Below are positions 29,711 through 41,552 of a DNA stretch of 64,000 bases, in pieces; the stretch's first letter is position 1; each line of letters starts with the position of its first letter. The notes beneath the pieces were generated by a model. That model worked only from the letters and a program-made list of their open reading frames with translations. It did not search any database and was not told the origin of the DNA. The stretch spans positions 320,001 to 384,000 of the forward strand of contig CAVRVY010000004.1 of assembly GCA_963724765.1 (NCBI GenBank). Direction: 5' to 3'. Source of the stretch: an uncultured delta proteobacterium. GTDB lineage: Bacteria; Desulfobacterota; Binatia; Binatales; Binataceae. Made by a program: the position numbers and the translations under genes.

Positions 29711-30478
29711 TTACTCGGCCAGGTAATAATCGATGGTCGATACCAGGCGCAATTTCTTTTCGATCGACGCGCGCTCCTCGACCTGATTGGGCACTTCGCC
29801 GTCGCGGCTCATCACCTGGAAGACGCCCTCACTGGCGCGCCGGATTGCGCCGAGATGGCTGTTGGAATCGGTCGCGAACTGCTGCGCCAGGGAGCGCGCG
29901 CTCTTGGTCGCCTGCGCCAGCATCGCGGGCCGGATATCGCCCAGGCGCGTGAAGAGATAGGCGGGGTTAGCGGCGCCGCCATCGATCGGCCGCCCGTCAA
30001 GTACTACGCCCTGTCGAATCAGTTCGCCAGTCATCTGGCTCGCGGCGCGCACCGCATCGACCTTGGTGGTACGAATCTCGAAGCCCGCGGTGATGACGTA
30101 GCGCCGGGCGGCCTCGATGTTGGGCGGCCCAATCAAAGTGGCGAAAGCGAACTGGTCGTTGATCCGGGTCGGCAGAGGCTCGATTTCGCGGTCGGTAAAG
30201 CCGGACTTTGCGATGAACGCGCGCACCAGGTCGAGGTCGCGCTCGCTGGCGGTGCTGACCGCGCTGACATCGGCGCCAGTCGCGTTGAAGCTCAAGCTCC
30301 ACACGGCGAGGTCGGCCTTGACGTAGCGTTCGGCCAACCCCTTGACGCTGACGTAGCGCTCGGCGCGCCGTCCCTGGTAGAAGCCCTGGCCGACGAAGTA
30401 GCCGCCGAGCGCCGCTCCGACCCCGACCAAAAGGCCGAGAATCACCGCGGCTGGAAACGAGATCGATCCGCGTGCCAT
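29711..30478 (-). CDS. SIMPL (DUF541) domain protein
   Basis: N-terminal TM; VSVKGLAERYVKADLAVW; KKLRLVSTIDYYL. Confidence 0.85.
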   Translation of the reverse strand: MARGSISFPAAVILGLLVGVGAALGGYFVGQGFYQGRRAERYVSVKGLAERYVKADLAVWSLSFNATGADVSAVSTASERDLDLVRAFIAKSGFTDREIEPLPTRINDQFAFATLIGPPNIEAARRYVITAGFEIRTTKVDAVRAASQMTGELIRQGVVLDGRPIDGGAANPAYLFTRLGDIRPAMLAQATKSARSLAQQFATDSNSHLGAIRRASEGVFQVMSRDGEVPNQVEERASIEKKLRLVSTIDYYLAE

Positions 30479-30492
30479 TTTTTTTGCGGAAA

Positions 30493-30996
30493 TCAGCTCT
30501 GCGAGTTCTCGTCGCTCTCAAGCGCGAGGATCGTGTGAATGGTGACCAGGCGCTTGACCATGTAAGAGCGTTTGCCGCGCGGCGTCTGGACCTCGATGTC
30601 GTCCTGCTCGGCCTTGCCGATCAATGCGCGCCCCAGCGGCGAGGAGAGCGAGATACGATTGGCGGCTCCGTCGACTTCTTCCGGCACCACTATCTCGTAT
30701 TCGACTCTGACGCTTTCGTCGAGGTCTTCGAGCTCGACCCGGCTTCCCAGGCCCACCGTGTCGCGCGGGATTGAGTCGAGGTTGATTCGCGCAAGCTCGG
30801 AGACGCGCTCCTCGAGGTTGGCCAACCGCGCGCGCAGGAATTCCTGACGCTGCTTGGCCATCGCCCACTCGGCGTTCTCCGAGAGGTCGCCGTGCGCGCG
30901 CGCCCGCTCCAACTCCTTGGGGAGTTCGACGGTCAGCTCGCGCTTGAGATTATCCATGTCCTTGCGCAGCCGCTTGACTACTGGAAGTTCAGCCAT
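30493..30996 (-). CDS. greA: Transcription elongation factor GreA
   Basis: ARAHGDLSENAE, ISLSSPLGRALIG. Confidence 0.92.
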   Translation of the reverse strand: MAELPVVKRLRKDMDNLKRELTVELPKELERARAHGDLSENAEWAMAKQRQEFLRARLANLEERVSELARINLDSIPRDTVGLGSRVELEDLDESVRVEYEIVVPEEVDGAANRISLSSPLGRALIGKAEQDDIEVQTPRGKRSYMVKRLVTIHTILALESDENSQS

Positions 30997-31069
30997 TGCT
31001 CTCCTGAAGGCGCGACTTCTAAATATGGGATCGTTCGAAGTGGCCCGACTGCTGCGCGCCGGCGCGCCG

Positions 31070-31303
31070 CTAGTCGGCGACGATCGAAGTCAGGCTGCGA
31101 TTAACCCCTGGCACGCTCTGGATTTTCTGCACCACCAATTCGCCCAGCGAAGAGACGTCGTTCGCCTCGGCCACGGCGATGATGTCGTGGGGGCCGGTGA
31201 CCGCGTGGGCACTGGAGATTCCCGCCACCTGCCGGAGCTTGGTTGCCACTTCCCTGGCCTTGCCCGGCGAGGTGTCGACGAGGATGAACGCTTTGACCGA
31301 CAT
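31070..31303 (-). CDS. Stand-alone Lrp/AsnC ligand-binding (RAM) domain
   Basis: GGAGG RBS; MSVKAFILV, VTGPHDII, IQSVPGVNRSLT. Confidence 0.85.
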   Translation of the reverse strand: MSVKAFILVDTSPGKAREVATKLRQVAGISSAHAVTGPHDIIAVAEANDVSSLGELVVQKIQSVPGVNRSLTSIVAD

Positions 31304-31395
31304 CTGCTGTTCCTCCTTGAATAATCTGCTTGGCGAATTTCGCTGACCAGTTCGCCCGGCGAAATTTACACCGGCCCCCGCGCGCCGAAACTCTG

Positions 31396-32280
31396 CTAGC
31401 GCGCCACCGGCGGAATTGCGACGCCCTGTTCCGTGTACATATAAAAGCCGCGGCCGGCCTTGCGCCCCAGGTAACCGGCATCGACGTATTTCTTGAGCAA
31501 CGGACACGGCCGGTACTTGTCGTCGCCGAACGTGCGATGCATCACCTCCATGATCGCAAGACAGGTGTCGAGCCCGATGAGGTCCGCCAGCTCCAGCGGG
31601 CCCATCGGCTGATTGGTGCCGAGCTTCATCGCGATGTCGATATCGCTGACACCGCCGACGCCCTCGTACATCGTGTAGATCGCCTCGTTGATCATCGGCA
31701 GCAGCACGCGGTTGACGATAAAGCCGGGGAAGTCCTCGGCGGTCATCGTGGTCTTGCCCAGCCGCTCGGCCAGCGTGCGAGTCTGCTCGAAGGTCTCCTG
31801 CGAGGTCGCCAGGCCGCGGATGATCTCGACCAGCCTCATCGCCGGCACCGGATTCATGAAGTGCATCCCGATGAAGCGCGGCGCGCGACTGGTGCGCGCG
31901 GCCATCCTGGTGATTGAAATCGAGGAAGTGTTGGAGGCAAAAATGATTTCGGGCGGGCAGACCTTGTCGAGCTTGTGGAACAGCTCGATCTTGGCCTCTT
32001 CGTTCTCGACCACCGCTTCGATCACGAAATCGACCTCGCGTAAGTCGTCAAGTCGCGTGGTGGTCTTGATGCGGCTGAGAATGCGTTCAGATTCCTCGGG
32101 CTTGACCCGGCCACGCTTGATCATCCGATCAAGGTCGCGTCCGATCTTTTCCACTCCGCGCCGGCACAGTTCCTCGCTTACGTCGTGAACCAGGACCTCA
32201 AAGCCCGCCTGCCCCGCCACCTCGGCGACTCCGCCGCCCATCTGTCCCGATCCCACGATGCCCAGTCTGCTAACCGCCAT
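31396..32280 (-). CDS. hbd: 3-hydroxybutyryl-CoA dehydrogenase
   Basis: GSGQMGGG, IEAVVEN, SNTSSISIT, GMHFMNPVP, PGFIVNR, PMGPLELAD. Confidence 0.92.
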   Translation of the reverse strand: MAVSRLGIVGSGQMGGGVAEVAGQAGFEVLVHDVSEELCRRGVEKIGRDLDRMIKRGRVKPEESERILSRIKTTTRLDDLREVDFVIEAVVENEEAKIELFHKLDKVCPPEIIFASNTSSISITRMAARTSRAPRFIGMHFMNPVPAMRLVEIIRGLATSQETFEQTRTLAERLGKTTMTAEDFPGFIVNRVLLPMINEAIYTMYEGVGGVSDIDIAMKLGTNQPMGPLELADLIGLDTCLAIMEVMHRTFGDDKYRPCPLLKKYVDAGYLGRKAGRGFYMYTEQGVAIPPVAR

Positions 32281-32356
32281 CAATTCCTCTCCGTCGGCGC
32301 TCCGCTTCCGCCCGAAATTCCCGCGTAACGCATTTCCAGTCAAGTAAAATTCCCGC

Positions 32357-32719
32357 TCAAGACATCTCCGGCGGTTTGTCGCCACTTCGCCACGTACCCT
32401 CGCCGCCGCCGGGCCGCATCGCGCTGCGCACTCGGCGCACGTCTTCGGGCGACTGCCGCCCGGGCATCCCCAACCCGCGCATCAGCACGTTGGTCAACTC
32501 CGAGGTCAGGCGGTCGCGCAGCGTTGGTTTCTCACCCACCTGTGCGTCGAGCACCCGGTCAACCTGATCCCGCGTCAGCCCCTCGGCGGCGAAAATATCC
32601 ACCAATCCGACCAGCCCCACGGTGGGGCCGGCCTGCTCGATGATCCGGATGACCTTGCCGCAGACCGGGCAGGTCCTGCGAATCAGTCCAGCCCATTGCC
32701 GGCAATAGAGGCAGCGCAT
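32357..32719 (-). CDS. Hypothetical protein with N-terminal CxxC..CxxC zinc ribbon
   Basis: CLYC-x9-CPVC; GAGG RBS. Confidence 0.65.
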   Translation of the reverse strand: MRCLYCRQWAGLIRRTCPVCGKVIRIIEQAGPTVGLVGLVDIFAAEGLTRDQVDRVLDAQVGEKPTLRDRLTSELTNVLMRGLGMPGRQSPEDVRRVRSAMRPGGGEGTWRSGDKPPEMS

Positions 32720-32864
32720 CCTCGGTTCTGGTCAGCCGACCTCCCAAAGCGATAAAGCGGGCGAGCGAGCCCGCCACAGGCTCGCTGCCCCGCTCTGATT
32801 TTGAAACTACACCGGCCCGTCGGGCGCGGCAAGCCGCTTCCGCTCTGTGCGCAGCTCGCTCACC

Positions 32865-32919
32865 TTGACATCGTGAGGACTGGCATATTAACGTATCCGT
32901 ATTGAGAATCACTCTCAAT
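32865..32919 (+). promoter_or_regulatory. Sigma70 promoter with a Fur-type box
   Basis: TTGACA-N18-TAACGT followed by the 19-bp dyad ATTGAGAATCACTCTCAAT (32901-32919), upstream of an iron permease. Confidence 0.75.
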
Positions 32920-32964
32920 TAAGCTGACTCGCGTGACACGTTAAACGACCAGGAAGAATTCCAA

Positions 32965-33813
32965 GTGCCCACCGCCCTGCCCTATTTTCTGTATTCCCTC
33001 GGCATCCTGGTGCGCGAGGGCTCGGAAGCCCTGCTGGTCATCGTCGCGCTGCTCGCCGCGGTGCGTGAGGCCGGACAGGAGCGGCGCGCGCGCGACATCT
33101 ATGCCGGCGCCCTGCTCGCGATAGGGCTGAGCCTCGCGCTGGCGTGGGCGGTCAATCATCTCATTGCCGACGACACCAGCGACACGCTGGAGGGCGTCTT
33201 CCAGTTGATGGCCGCGGCGACGCTTTTTTACGTAAGCTCGTGGCTGACCGCGCGCGGGCAGAGCGACCGTTGGCGCGCCTTCCTGCACAACAAGGTTGAA
33301 GCGTCGCGCGACGTCGCCGGACCGTCGATCGCGCTTGGGCTGACGGCGTTTCTGGCGGTGATGCGCGAGGGCGCCGAAACCATCGTGTTCTTCCAGGCGC
33401 TGCTCGGGGGTGCGACCGAAACTGTCGAGCGTCATGCGGTGACGGCGGGGCTGCTGACGGGCGCGGTAGCGCTGGGCGTGATTTTCCTGGTCCTGCGTAA
33501 GGCCGCCTTCCGCATCCCGCTCGGCTCGTTCTTCACCGCGACCTCGGTGCTGCTCTACGCGCTGGCGGTTATCTTCGTCGGCCAGGGAATCGCGAGCTTC
33601 CAGGAATCGGGCGTGATGCGCGCGACTTTCGTCGATTACGTGCCGACCATCCAGACGCTGGGACTCTTTCCCACCGTGCAGACGCTTGCGGCGCAAGCTG
33701 TAATGCTGGGATTGGCGGCCCTCGCGCTGTTCGCGCCGGCCGGGCCGCGCAAGCGCAAGCGCGGCGACGCACCAGCAGTGGCCGGCGCCAAGGTCAGCCC
33801 GCATATCGCGTAG
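32965..33813 (+). CDS. FTR1/EfeU-family iron permease
   Basis: Two REGxE motifs (REGSE, REGAE); multiple TM helices. Confidence 0.9.
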   Translation: MPTALPYFLYSLGILVREGSEALLVIVALLAAVREAGQERRARDIYAGALLAIGLSLALAWAVNHLIADDTSDTLEGVFQLMAAATLFYVSSWLTARGQSDRWRAFLHNKVEASRDVAGPSIALGLTAFLAVMREGAETIVFFQALLGGATETVERHAVTAGLLTGAVALGVIFLVLRKAAFRIPLGSFFTATSVLLYALAVIFVGQGIASFQESGVMRATFVDYVPTIQTLGLFPTVQTLAAQAVMLGLAALALFAPAGPRKRKRGDAPAVAGAKVSPHIA

Positions 33814-34022
33814 CCTCTTGCGCACGTCAGCTTCTTTCCGCATCGGCATCAGTTTCGTTCATCGCCCCAGCAGTCTTATTCATCCGAATTCTTCTTCGGT
33901 CTCATTCATCCGAATCGACCGCGGCTGCACGTGAGCGGCGCATTTTCATTTCGCATCGCTCCTGGTGCTGTTGCCCGCGCATCGCTAAAGCTGTACCCAG
34001 TTGGTCCTGAGGAATGCGTACC

Positions 34023-34826
34023 ATGCCGCCACTCGCCAATGACCCGGTCCCCGAGACGGCCAGCAAACCCGCAGCGCCAAAAGCAGCGCCCGAGCCATCG
34101 CAGCCGCCGCAGCGCGGCATAGTCGATTTTGTATGGGGCGCCGCCGCCACGGTCTTGGCCGTGCTCTACACCGCGGTCCTCGCGCCGTGCGCCGCGCTCG
34201 TGAGCATTTTCGGCTATCCCCATCTGGCCACACCGGTCAGCCGCCTGTGGGGCTGGCTGATCGTGCGCACCAGCGGCATCAAGGTCGAGATCGAAGGGAT
34301 GGAGCACCTGGCTGGCCTGAAGTCCTACGTCCTGGTCTCCAACCATCAGAGCTTCTTCGACATCTTTGCGATCTGCGCCTGGATGCCGGGGGAGCCGCGC
34401 TTCGTGGCGAAACAGGAGCTGGGGAAAATACCCGTACTCGGGTTGGCGATGCGCCGTTCTGGGCACATCATGATTGACCGCGCGCGCGGCGGCCAGGCAA
34501 TTCGAAAGGCAATCAAGATGGCGCGCGAGGGCTTTTCGATCGTGGTTTTCGCCGAGGGCACGCGCTTCAGCGACAACCGGGTGCATCCGTTCAACGACGG
34601 CGCGGCGTGGCTGGCGATTGCGACGCGGCAAAAGTGCGTGCCGATGGCGATCAGCGGCACGGCCAGTTTCTTTCCGCGCGGCGCGCGAATCGTGCGGCCG
34701 GCGGGCCGAATGAGGATGGCGATTGGACCGGCCATCGACACCACGGATCTGCACGGCGCCGACCGGGAGTCGCTGACGCGCCAACTCGAAGACAGCGTGC
34801 GCTCGCTCTTCCGCACCGAGGTGTGA
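34023..34826 (+). CDS. plsC: 1-acyl-sn-glycerol-3-phosphate acyltransferase
   Basis: SNHQSFFD, FVAKQEL, IDR, FAEGTR. Confidence 0.9.
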   Translation: MPPLANDPVPETASKPAAPKAAPEPSQPPQRGIVDFVWGAAATVLAVLYTAVLAPCAALVSIFGYPHLATPVSRLWGWLIVRTSGIKVEIEGMEHLAGLKSYVLVSNHQSFFDIFAICAWMPGEPRFVAKQELGKIPVLGLAMRRSGHIMIDRARGGQAIRKAIKMAREGFSIVVFAEGTRFSDNRVHPFNDGAAWLAIATRQKCVPMAISGTASFFPRGARIVRPAGRMRMAIGPAIDTTDLHGADRESLTRQLEDSVRSLFRTEV

Positions 34827-34896
34827 GCCGGGCGGATTCGCAGCCGAAGGTCGGTATTACGGGCGACACCGAAAATCGCGGCGCGCGCTATAAATG

Positions 34897-35271
34897 TCAG
34901 ACCTTGCGGTCGAAGATGAAGAGCGGGACCTGGTTGGCGATCTTCGGATCGAGTGCGAGCACGCGGCGGCCTTGATCGATTTTCAGCGCCGGAGGCTCGA
35001 TGCCCGCGCTTTTTAGCGCCGCCGCGACTTGCCCGACGTCTTGCGCCTCCAGCCACAGCGCCGCCAGTCCCTCGCCGTTGCCGGCGATCGTCGCCGCCGC
35101 GGCGGCGCCAGCGATCAGGCGGATTTCCGCGCCACCCACTTTTAGCGTAGCGCTGTCGGCGGCGGAACCGGGTTTCAATTCGAAGCCGAAGTTTTGCTGG
35201 TAAGTCCTGACCGCGTCCGCAAGATCGGCCGTCGCAACTTCCAGCGTATCGAATCGTTTCAGCAGTGCCAT
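34897..35271 (-). CDS. VOC/glyoxalase-like protein
   Basis: ATADLADAVRTYQQNFGF, GEGLAALWLEAQDV. Confidence 0.7.
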   Translation of the reverse strand: MALLKRFDTLEVATADLADAVRTYQQNFGFELKPGSAADSATLKVGGAEIRLIAGAAAAATIAGNGEGLAALWLEAQDVGQVAAALKSAGIEPPALKIDQGRRVLALDPKIANQVPLFIFDRKV

Positions 35272-35326
35272 AGTTTCACCGTTTCACGGTATCACCCGTC
35301 GTTTGAGGATCGTCGCCGCGACAGGA

Positions 35327-36079
35327 TCATTGCTTCGAGGGCGCCATCGTGAGATCAACCGTGGCTGTCTTGCCCGGCTCGACCGTTACCTTGCGCATCC
35401 GGACGCCGAGCTCTTCCTGCCATACCTTGAGCGTGTAGGTCCCCGGCGGAACGTCCTTGATCGTAAACTTGCCGCTGCCGTCAGTCACCGCATAGTAAGG
35501 ATTGCCTGCCACGAACCACCATCCGTGCATCCAGTTGTGCGCGTCGCAACTCACGTCGATCAGTTCCGGATATTTGAGCGGCGCGGTCACGATCACGCGC
35601 TTGAACGGCGGCTGAGCCATGTCGAGTGCGGGGTTGAGTTTGGACTCGGTGCGGACGCTGTGCAGGATGCCGTCGGAGTTGACGATATCGACCGTGCTGC
35701 CTGCAGGAAAGGCCAGCACGTGCGGTATGTAGGCGCAGCCCTTCTGGTCGAACTTTACGTGGCTGAGCGGAGTCAGCGGCGCGCCCTTGGCGATGTCGGG
35801 GAGGCTGACGACGGCGTTGGCGATACCGCCGGCGGCGTCCACTATCAGGCTTTCGTCATAATGCGGCGCGGCGCCGCATACCTCGCGATCCTTGCTGATT
35901 TCGACCGCCTTGCGCGCCGGCGGCGCGCCGGCGAACTTGACCGTGCCGACGATTGTACCGCCGTCCTTGACGGACTCGGCCTGATAGGCGCGCACGTGGG
36001 CCGCAGGCATCAGCAATGCGATCGTTACGGCGGCAGCGGCAATGCGGGCGATGGCTGAGAGACGGGGCCGGTCGCGCAA
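35327..36079 (-). CDS. Secreted protein with cupredoxin-like and carboxypeptidase-regulatory-like domains
   Basis: Signal peptide; DQKGCAYIPHV, NSDGILHSV, CDAHNWM, PPGTYTLKVWQE. Confidence 0.75.
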   Translation of the reverse strand: MRDRPRLSAIARIAAAAVTIALLMPAAHVRAYQAESVKDGGTIVGTVKFAGAPPARKAVEISKDREVCGAAPHYDESLIVDAAGGIANAVVSLPDIAKGAPLTPLSHVKFDQKGCAYIPHVLAFPAGSTVDIVNSDGILHSVRTESKLNPALDMAQPPFKRVIVTAPLKYPELIDVSCDAHNWMHGWWFVAGNPYYAVTDGSGKFTIKDVPPGTYTLKVWQEELGVRMRKVTVEPGKTATVDLTMAPSKQ

Positions 36080-36100
36080 AGTTATCTCGGCGGCTGCCTG

Positions 36101-36718
36101 CTAGGCCAGCTTAGTGGCGATTACGACGCGATGGACCGAGAAGCGCGCGATACGCTCGTTGCGCTCGACGTCGATCTTGTGGCCGTCGAGCACGTCGCTG
36201 ACGCGCAGCCGCGTGGTCCATCCCAGATGCCTGGTCAGCGGGTTGGCGGCCCATACCAGCGAGTAGAGCAGCGGATTCTCGCTCGCGAAATGGTTGACGT
36301 GAACGATCTTGCCCCCCGGCTTACACACCCGCACCATCTCCTGCATCATGCGCAGCGGATCGGGCACTACCGTCATCACATGGAAGCTGGTAACCCACTC
36401 GAAGCTGTTGTCGGGAAAATCCAGCTTGAGCGCGTCGCCCTGGCGAACGTCGATATGGCTCCAACCGTTCTCACGCGTCTTCTTGATCGCAAGCGCGAGC
36501 ATGTCGGCGGAAGGGTCGATACCCACGACCTTAACGTAGGCCGGATAGGCGTCGAGCGAAATGCCGGTCCCCACGCCGACTTCGAGCACCTGCTGACCCG
36601 GCCGCAGATTGAGCTGCTCGATTATCTCGTGTTCGTGATCGACGAAGATCCGTCCGAAGGTATGATCGTAAAAACGTGCCAGGTCGGAATAGACACGGCT
36701 CTGATGCGGTTCGCCCAT
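36101..36718 (-). CDS. pmtA: PmtA-like SAM-dependent phospholipid N-methyltransferase
   Basis: YDHTFG, VLEVGVGTGISL, VVPDP, RVCKPGG, VNHF. Confidence 0.75.
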   Translation of the reverse strand: MGEPHQSRVYSDLARFYDHTFGRIFVDHEHEIIEQLNLRPGQQVLEVGVGTGISLDAYPAYVKVVGIDPSADMLALAIKKTRENGWSHIDVRQGDALKLDFPDNSFEWVTSFHVMTVVPDPLRMMQEMVRVCKPGGKIVHVNHFASENPLLYSLVWAANPLTRHLGWTTRLRVSDVLDGHKIDVERNERIARFSVHRVVIATKLA

Positions 36719-36813
36719 CGCTTAAACCTCAAACCTCTAATGCGGGATACGCCGCCGCGCTTGCACGGATACGGCGCGCGCATCGCCACGCCCGAAACTT
36801 TTCAACCCTGGCG

Positions 36814-37008
36814 CTAGGCTGCCGCGTTGATGCCGCGCGTCTGGCGCTTGAATGAGGCGACGTCGCGCTTGCGGAAGCGCCACTGCCGTCCCTTCTTGAA
36901 CGCGGGCAGTATATTGCGGCGTGCGAATTCGTTGACTGTGTCGGGGCTCAGATCCAAGAGAAAGGCAACTTCCCGCGAGTTCAAAAGCACGTCGTCTTTA
37001 TCTGCCAT
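36814..37008 (-). CDS. Excisionase-like HTH_17 DNA-binding protein
   Basis: LLNSREVAFLLDLSPDTV..LPAFKKGRQWRF. Confidence 0.8.
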   Translation of the reverse strand: MADKDDVLLNSREVAFLLDLSPDTVNEFARRNILPAFKKGRQWRFRKRDVASFKRQTRGINAAA

Positions 37009-37166
37009 GGTCGTGCTCTAAGGCTCGCGGTTTTTAATATGAACCCTTCTACCAAGTCAAGTTATTGTGGCAAAACGCCGCCCGCGCCGCCATGCTCGAA
37101 GGACGATCATGTGCGCGCATCTCGCTTCGCGGCATCTAAGCCATAATTATTTCATTATAACGTCTA

Positions 37167-38840
37167 TTAGACGCTAATAGTGTTCAAGCGCCGCATCGAG
37201 ATCAAATAATCATACCACGCCCGCGTCACCACGAAGCATGAAAACACGCCGGTCAGCACGCCCACGCACAGCGTTACCGCGAAGCCTTTCACCGGACCTG
37301 TACCAAACTGGAACAGGATCAGGCCGGCCACGAAGGTCGAGATGTTGGAGTCACGGATCGCGGACCACGCGCGCTCATAACCGAGGCGGACCGCCTCGCG
37401 CGGCGTCTTGCCCTGGCGCAACTCCTCGCGCATCCGCTCATTGACCAGCACGTTGGCGTCGACCGACATTCCGAGCGTCAGCACGATACCGGCGATTCCG
37501 GGCAGCGTCAGCGTCGCCTGCATTGCCGACATCACGCAGATGAGCAGCAGGATGTTGAGCGAGAGACCGAAGTCAGCCAGCAAGCCGGCGCCGCTGTAGT
37601 ACACGGCCATGAAAATCAACACCACCAGCGCGCCGACCACGAACGACAACTCGCCCTCGTGGATCGAGTCGCGCCCCAGCGAGGGTCCGACCGTGCGCTC
37701 CTCGATAATCTCGACCGGCGCCGGCAGCGCGCCCGAGCGCAGCACGATCGCCAGTTCGTGCGACTCGTCGTAGGTGAAATTGCCGGTTATCTGCACGTGG
37801 CCGCCGGGAATCGGTTCCTTGATGACGGGGGCGGAGTAAACCACGCTGTCGAGCACGATGGCGATCTTGCGGCCGACGTTGGCCGAAGTGATGGCGGCGA
37901 AAATCTGCGCGCCGCGCTGGTCGAGGTCGACGGTGACGTACGGACCTTCGAGCTGTCCGCCCGGACGTACGCGTGCGTCGGTGATAGTGTCGCCGGTGAG
38001 CAACACCGGGGCCTCGATCAGGTAGGGTTCGCGGCCGCCGCGATTGGCTGGCCCGTAAAGGATTTCGTCACCCGGTGGCGGGCCGTCGCGCAACGCGTCG
38101 GAGACCGAATGATTGTCGTCGACCAGCTTGAACTGGAGCACGCCGGTCTTGCCGATCAACTCCTTGGCGCGCTCGGGGTCCTGGATACCGGGGAGCTGCA
38201 CCAGAATCTCGTCGTTGCCCTCCTGGGCGATAGTGGTCTCGCGCACTCCGAGCTGGTCGATTCGATTGCGGATGGTTTCGAGCGCCTGCTCCATCGCATT
38301 GCGGCGCACCTGGTCGAGCTCCATCGGCCGGTAGGTCAGTCTGTAGGTTGGCCCGCTATCACTCGAGTTGGGCGCCAGGCCGATCACCATGTCGGAAAAC
38401 ATCTTGCCCGCAAGGTCGAGGAAGGCGGAGCGCTCATCCGCGCTCGGCAAGGTCACCAGCACGGCGCCCGAAGCGTCCCGGGTGACGCTTTTTACTTCGA
38501 GCTTGTTCCGTTTCATCTCCTGTTTGACGTCGTCGGCGACGCGGCGCAGTTGAGTATTGACCGCTTCCTGGAGTTTGACCTCGAGCAAAAGATGGGTGCC
38601 GCCCTGGAGGTCGAGTCCCAGCTGGATTTTCGGTGTCGGGATATTGTTGGTCCACCAGTCGGGCAGCGCGCCGCTGATGCTGGGCAGCAGAATCAGCACC
38701 GCCAGGGCGGTCAGCGCCGCGGCCAGGTAAAGCCGGGTGCGGCCGCTGCCGCCGGTGAAGTGCAGCCACAAAAATGCGCCTGCCACCGCGAGCAGGATGA
38801 TTATCGGGATGAAATCAGCGTTAGCGCTTGCGTTTTCCAC
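37167..38840 (-). CDS. secD: Protein translocase subunit SecD
   Basis: LGLDLQGG, IRNRIDQLGV, LRSGALPAP, GPSLG, MSVDANVL, GPVKGFA. Confidence 0.95.
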   Translation of the reverse strand: MENASANADFIPIIILLAVAGAFLWLHFTGGSGRTRLYLAAALTALAVLILLPSISGALPDWWTNNIPTPKIQLGLDLQGGTHLLLEVKLQEAVNTQLRRVADDVKQEMKRNKLEVKSVTRDASGAVLVTLPSADERSAFLDLAGKMFSDMVIGLAPNSSDSGPTYRLTYRPMELDQVRRNAMEQALETIRNRIDQLGVRETTIAQEGNDEILVQLPGIQDPERAKELIGKTGVLQFKLVDDNHSVSDALRDGPPPGDEILYGPANRGGREPYLIEAPVLLTGDTITDARVRPGGQLEGPYVTVDLDQRGAQIFAAITSANVGRKIAIVLDSVVYSAPVIKEPIPGGHVQITGNFTYDESHELAIVLRSGALPAPVEIIEERTVGPSLGRDSIHEGELSFVVGALVVLIFMAVYYSGAGLLADFGLSLNILLLICVMSAMQATLTLPGIAGIVLTLGMSVDANVLVNERMREELRQGKTPREAVRLGYERAWSAIRDSNISTFVAGLILFQFGTGPVKGFAVTLCVGVLTGVFSCFVVTRAWYDYLISMRRLNTISV

Positions 38841-38896
38841 TTTTTCACTTTTCCAGTTGAACTTCGCGAAGCTTTTGAGCCCGGTGCGGGCCCCTG

Positions 38897-39268
38897 CTAC
38901 TCCGCTTTCTCCTTCTTGCCGGCCGCAGGCTTGCCATAGCTGGAGAGCGCGGTTATCTGGCTGCGCTCGACCCGCACGCGCACGTTCGGCGCGACCTCCA
39001 GAACCACCACTTTGTCGCCAATCTCATTGATCCGGCCCAACAGTCCGCCCGTGGTCACCACTTCGTCGTTGCGCTTGAGCTTTGCGAGCATGTCGCGATG
39101 CTCGCGCGCCTTGGTGGTCTGCGGGCGGAGGAAGAACCAGTAAAACGCGAGGATGAGGAGCGCGAACGGCACCCCCGGTCCATACAGCAATTGATCGATA
39201 AGCGGCGCCTGGGCTCCCGCGGCTGGGGCGGCCGAGCTTTGTGCCCACGCAATTCCTTCAAACAACAT
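38897..39268 (-). CDS. yajC: Preprotein translocase subunit YajC
   Basis: FYWFFLRPQ, LKRNDEVVTTGGL; synteny. Confidence 0.93.
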   Translation of the reverse strand: MLFEGIAWAQSSAAPAAGAQAPLIDQLLYGPGVPFALLILAFYWFFLRPQTTKAREHRDMLAKLKRNDEVVTTGGLLGRINEIGDKVVVLEVAPNVRVRVERSQITALSSYGKPAAGKKEKAE

Positions 39269-39286
39269 CGGTTACTCTTTTACCTT

Positions 39287-41466
<2,180 letters not shown>

Positions 41467-41552
41467 TCCGATGGCGCTCGAACAATCGTGCCAGCGCCAA
41501 CAGATAAAAATATCATCGCCTGCGCGACCGCGATACGCATGTTGGCGTCTCT

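Noticed and set aside
36814-37008. Prophage or ICE around the excisionase-like gene
   Set aside because: No integrase, phage or conjugation genes; neighbours are housekeeping genes
41478-41494. TGGCACG upstream of queA as a sigma54 promoter
   Set aside because: The -12 element reads TTCG, not GC
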